The notes beneath the pieces are model-generated. The model worked only from the letters and a program-made list of their open reading frames with translations, made no database searches and was not told the DNA's origin. Shown here in pieces: positions 60,201 to 64,000 of a stretch of 64,000 nt of DNA. Numbering within the stretch: the stretch's first letter is position 1; every line of letters begins with the position of its first letter. The stretch spans positions 512,001 through 576,000 of the forward strand of contig JBJBCN010000002.1 of the NCBI GenBank assembly GCA_047285805.1. Reading direction: 5' to 3'. The translations under genes and the position numbers were made by a program. This DNA is from Synechococcus sp. (GTDB lineage: Bacteria; Cyanobacteriota; Cyanobacteriia; PCC-6307; Cyanobiaceae).

Positions 60201-61619
60201 TCAGGCGTCGTAGTACATCGTGAATTCGTGGGGGTGGGGCCGCTGGCGAAGCTGCTGCACCTCCTCGTACTTCAGATCGATCCAGTTGTCGATGAAGTCT
60301 TCCGTGAAGACGCCACCGGCCAGCAGGTACTCGTGGTCAGCCTTCAGGGCCTCGAGGGAGCCGTTTAGGGAGGCGGGGACGGTGGAGATCTTTGCCAGCT
60401 CCTCGGCGGGAAGCTCGAAGAGGTCGACGTCGGTGCCGTTACCGGGATCGATTTGGTTCTTGATGCCGTCGATGCCGGCCATGAGCATGGCGGCAAAGCC
60501 GAGGTAGGGATTAGCCAGGGCATCACCTGAGCGGAATTCCAGGCGCTTGGCTTTGGGGTTCGAGCCGGTCAGCGGGATGCGGACAGCGGCTGACCGGTTG
60601 CCCTGGGAGTACACCAGGTTCACGGGAGCTTCGAAGCCCGGGACAAGCCGCTTGTAGCTGTTGGTAGTCGGGTTGGTGAAGGCCAGGAAGCTCGGTGCGT
60701 GCTTCAGCAGGCCGCCGATGTACCAACGGGCGGTCTGGGACAGGTTCGCGTAGGTGCCGTCGCCCCACATCAGGGTGTCGCCATTCTTCCAGATGCTCTG
60801 GTGGACGTGCATGCCGCTGCCGTTGTCGGCAAAGATCGGCTTGGGCATGAACGTGGCGGTCTTGCCGTACTTCTTGGCAATGTTCCGCACGACGTACTTG
60901 TAGATCATCACGTTGTCGGCCGCGGTGATCAGCTCGGCGAATTTCATCCCGAGCTCGTGCTGCGAGGTTGCCACCTCGTGGTGATGCTTCTCGATGGGAA
61001 CCCCCAGGGAGCCCATGGTGAGGAGCATCTCGGTCCTCATGTCCTGAAGAGTGTCGTTGGGGGCGACGGGGAAGTAGCCCTCCTTCAGTTGAATTTTGTT
61101 GGCGAGGTTGCCGCCCTCTTCAACTCGATCGGTATTCCAGGGGTTCTCGATCGAATCAACGCTGTAGAAGCTGGAGCCGTTCCCGCTCTTGTAGCGGACG
61201 TCGTCGAAGACGAAGAATTCAGGCTCGGGACCGAAATAAGCGGTGTCGGCCAGGCCGGTGGAGCCCAGATAGTCCAGGGCCTTTTGAGCCAAGGCTCGAG
61301 GACAGCGGGAGTAGGGCTTGCCGCTGCGCGGCTCCTGAATCGAGCAGATAAGGCTCAGGGTCTTGTGGCCGTAGAAGGGGTCAATCCAGGCGGTGTCCGG
61401 GTCGGGCACCATCGCCATGTCCGACTCGTTGATGGCCTTCCAACCGCGGATCGAGGAGCCATCAAAGGCCACGCCTTCGGTGAAGGCTTCTTCTTCCACC
61501 AGGTCAGGGGTGACCGTGAGGTGTTGCCACTTGCCGTGGAGATCAATGAACTTCAGGTCGATCAGTTCAATGCCTTCGTCCTTGATCTGACGGAGGACGT
61601 CCTGGGCGGTCTTGGCCAT
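60201..61619 (-). CDS. glnA: glutamine synthetase type I
   Basis: [34 protein letters not shown]. Confidence 0.98.
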   Translation of the reverse strand: MAKTAQDVLRQIKDEGIELIDLKFIDLHGKWQHLTVTPDLVEEEAFTEGVAFDGSSIRGWKAINESDMAMVPDPDTAWIDPFYGHKTLSLICSIQEPRSGKPYSRCPRALAQKALDYLGSTGLADTAYFGPEPEFFVFDDVRYKSGNGSSFYSVDSIENPWNTDRVEEGGNLANKIQLKEGYFPVAPNDTLQDMRTEMLLTMGSLGVPIEKHHHEVATSQHELGMKFAELITAADNVMIYKYVVRNIAKKYGKTATFMPKPIFADNGSGMHVHQSIWKNGDTLMWGDGTYANLSQTARWYIGGLLKHAPSFLAFTNPTTNSYKRLVPGFEAPVNLVYSQGNRSAAVRIPLTGSNPKAKRLEFRSGDALANPYLGFAAMLMAGIDGIKNQIDPGNGTDVDLFELPAEELAKISTVPASLNGSLEALKADHEYLLAGGVFTEDFIDNWIDLKYEEVQQLRQRPHPHEFTMYYDA

Positions 61620-61669
61620 GACGCGTTGAAAGTGGCTGGGTGGGTGCCCGCCTATACCGGGCGGATGCG

Positions 61670-61712
61670 ACGGTACGGAGTGGGCCAGGGCTGCCTTTGT
61701 ATCACCGGTAAC
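61670..61712 (-). promoter_or_regulatory. NtcA-activated glnA promoter
   Basis: Minus strand GTT-ACCGGTGA-TAC (61712-61699), a 23-nt spacer, then TACCGT -10 box (TAN3T). Confidence 0.8.
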
Positions 61713-61860
61713 TAAATTTGCGACTGGTGGGCCTCCTTTTCGCCCGCGTCGCGATTTGAGTAACCGTTTCTGTCAACTTCATCAAAGGCTCGATCCAGCA
61801 AGGGATCTGGACGTTTACCGGTGCTACGGTCCGCTCCAGGTGCGTCGATCTCCCACCCCC

Positions 61861-62391
61861 ATGCGTGATGCCATCACCGGTCTGATCGGCCGTTACGACC
61901 AGCTGGGTCGTTATCTCGATGGGCGAGCCATCGACCGCATCGCCACTTACTACACGGAGGCTGCCCTGCGTTTGGCCGCTGTTGAGTTGATCAACTGTGA
62001 GGCCGCTGAGATCGTCCGCGAAGCTAGTCAGCGTCTGTGGCAAGCCGATCCTGAGCTGCTCCTACCCGGCGGGAATGCCTACACCACCCGCCGCTGGGCG
62101 GCTTGCCTAAGGGATATGGACTATTTCCTGCGTTACGCCAGCTATGCCCTCGTCGCGGATGACAGCACGATCCTCAACGAACGCGTCCTGAACGGCCTGG
62201 ATGACACCTACAAGAGCCTGGGGGTACCCACTGGGCCCACCGTTCGCAGCATCGCCCTTATGGCCGATGTAGTCAGCGAAAAGTTGCTCGATGCGGGTGC
62301 CGCCAGCGCCGAAGCGATCAATGCCGTGGTCCGTGCTCCCTTTGAGCACCTCTGCCGTGGTCTCGGCGTTACCAACGTCCGCGCCCGCTGA
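61861..62391 (+). CDS. apcF: allophycocyanin beta-18 subunit
   Basis: MRDAIT..I..YD..GRYLD, PGGNAYTTRR.AACLRD, ERVLNGL; divergent from glnA. Confidence 0.93.
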   Translation: MRDAITGLIGRYDQLGRYLDGRAIDRIATYYTEAALRLAAVELINCEAAEIVREASQRLWQADPELLLPGGNAYTTRRWAACLRDMDYFLRYASYALVADDSTILNERVLNGLDDTYKSLGVPTGPTVRSIALMADVVSEKLLDAGAASAEAINAVVRAPFEHLCRGLGVTNVRAR

Positions 62392-62444
62392 CTGGTCGCA
62401 CCTGCGACTGCGTAATCTCAACCCATCCAGCCCCCTCACAGGCC

Positions 62445-63635
62445 TTGGCTTCCATCACCTCAACCGTGTCTGATCGGCACCGGCTGTCGCTTGCTCCGAT
62501 TGATACCCCGGAGCGCTTGTTGTTGGGACCCGGCCCTTCCAATGCCCATCCCACCGTTTTAGAGGCCCTCAGCCGCTCTCCGATAGGTCACTTGGACCCC
62601 CTCTACGTCGCCCTGATGGGCGAGGTGCAGGAGTTGCTTCGTTACACCTGGCAAACAGATAACCGCCTGACCCTGCCGATGAGCGGCACCGGCTCAGCGG
62701 CGATGGAAGCCACGATCGCCAATATCGTCGAACCCGGCGACACCGTCTTGGTCGCCGTGAAGGGCTATTTCGGCCTGCGGTTACAGGATATGGCCGGCCG
62801 CTACAGGGCCAATGTTCCGACCATCGAGAAGCCATGGGGCGAAGCTTTCAGCCTCGACGAGATCGAAGCCGGCCTCAAAAAGTACAAGCCAAAGGTCTTG
62901 GCGATGGTGCATGCCGAAACCTCGACAGGAGTCTGTCAGCCGATGGAGGGCATCGGCGATCTCTGCCGTCAGCACGACTGCCTTCTGCTGCTCGACACGG
63001 TGACCTCCTTTGGCGCCGTCCCTCTCTTCCTCGATGACTGGAAGGTTGATCTCGCCTATAGCTGCAGCCAGAAAGGGTTGAGCTGCCCCCCAGGGTTGGG
63101 TCCCTTCTCCATGGGCCCCCGTGCCGAGGAGAAGCTCGCGGCCCGCAGCGGCAAGGTGCCTAACTGGTATCTCGATGTCAGCCTCTTGAACCAGTACTGG
63201 GGAAGCGATCGGGTTTACCACCACACCGCCCCGGTGAACATGAACTTCGGCATGCGGGAAGCACTCCGCTTGATCGCTGAAGAGGGTCTCGAGAACGTTT
63301 GGTCTCGCCACCGCAGAAATGCCGAGCGTCTCTGGTCCGGACTGGAGCGCTTGGGCCTGGAACCCCATGTTCCCCTCGAATTGCGTCTGCCTACCTTGAC
63401 CACCGTTCGCATCCCTGAGGGTTTGGATGGCAAGGCTTTCACCACCCACCTGCTCAACAAGCACGGCATCGAAGTGGGCGGTGGCCTGGGTGCCCTGGCT
63501 GGCAAGGTCTGGCGGGTTGGCCTGATGGGTTACAACAGCCGTGAGGAGAACGTCGACCTGCTGCTCAACCTGCTGGAGCAGGAGCTGCCGGCCTTCCGTT
63601 CCTCTGCGCCTGCTGTTGCAGCCGCCGTCGCCTGA
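62445..63635 (+). CDS. alanine--glyoxylate/serine--pyruvate aminotransferase (class V)
   Basis: LLGPGPSN, HAETSTG, SCSQKGL, YHHTAP. Confidence 0.93.
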   Translation: MASITSTVSDRHRLSLAPIDTPERLLLGPGPSNAHPTVLEALSRSPIGHLDPLYVALMGEVQELLRYTWQTDNRLTLPMSGTGSAAMEATIANIVEPGDTVLVAVKGYFGLRLQDMAGRYRANVPTIEKPWGEAFSLDEIEAGLKKYKPKVLAMVHAETSTGVCQPMEGIGDLCRQHDCLLLLDTVTSFGAVPLFLDDWKVDLAYSCSQKGLSCPPGLGPFSMGPRAEEKLAARSGKVPNWYLDVSLLNQYWGSDRVYHHTAPVNMNFGMREALRLIAEEGLENVWSRHRRNAERLWSGLERLGLEPHVPLELRLPTLTTVRIPEGLDGKAFTTHLLNKHGIEVGGGLGALAGKVWRVGLMGYNSREENVDLLLNLLEQELPAFRSSAPAVAAAVA

Positions 63636-64000
63636 ACCAGCGCTCTAGCGCGCTGCGGCATTCCGGCTCCAGGACGCCCCCCATGACCTCCATGTGGTGA
63701 TGGGCGCTGGGGTCGGTAGCCAAATTCAGACATCCCCCTAGGGCACCGCGCTTCGCATCGTGAGCCCCAAAAATCACCCTCCCCAGGCGTGCTTGCACAA
63801 GAGCGCCGGCACACATCGGACAGGGCTCTAGCGTCACGATCAGGCTGCAGTCGTTGAAGCGCCAGTCCTCCCTCAGACGGGCGGCCTGTTCGAGGGCCAT
63901 CAGCTCCGCGTGTCCCAGGGGGCGTTGTTGCCGTTGCCGGCGATTGACTCCCCAGCCCACTGCACGTCCCTGTCCATCCAGGATGACTGCAGCGACAGGG
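63565..64000 (-). CDS. tadA: tRNA adenosine deaminase (5' end outside window)
   Basis: GHAE...TLEPCPMCAGA deaminase motif. Confidence 0.88.
   Translation of the reverse strand, partial: PVAAVILDGQGRAVGWGVNRRQRQQRPLGHAELMALEQAARLREDWRFNDCSLIVTLEPCPMCAGALVQARLGRVIFGAHDAKRGALGGCLNLATDPSAHHHMEVMGGVLEPECRSALERWFRRRRLQQQAQRNGRPAAPAPAG

Noticed and set aside
60699..61715. Long antisense ORFs (338 aa opposite glnA; similarly 28445-29386, 24376-25437, 9319-10083)
   Set aside because: Shadow ORFs expected opposite high-GC genes; no recognisable motifs

Overview
This is a GC-rich picocyanobacterial (Synechococcus/Cyanobium-type) chromosome segment, mostly core genes: murI, sds, acs, msrA, trpD, carA, rlmB, gatA, dnaE, rpsO, ruvA, dnaG, umuDC, rsmA, ispE, pdhB, secDF, psb28, mnmH, glnA and apcF, plus tRNA-Pro(GGG). 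The main accessory feature is a ~9.0 kb integrated element (about 30925-39963) that splits yraN. Its recombination sites can be reconstructed by eye. It encodes a decayed large serine recombinase, a RepA-like helicase beside iteron-like repeats, a fused prohead-protease/major-capsid gene with one in-frame stop, a lambda-cos-like motif upstream of a TerS-like HTH gene, secreted/outer-membrane cargo, and a strongly structured ~240-nt non-coding stretch. No portal, TerL or tail gene is present, so it looks like a phage satellite. A second AT-richer island (~54200-60100) next to glnA carries a TPR-GT41 glycosyltransferase, a C-methyltransferase and gene remnants. It separates glnA from a convergent small gene with NtcA boxes, a GifA/PirA-like candidate. 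Several unannotated pseudogenes were also found (CHRD, glutaredoxin-MauE/DoxX, PLD). All calls are by motif recognition only; no searches were run.
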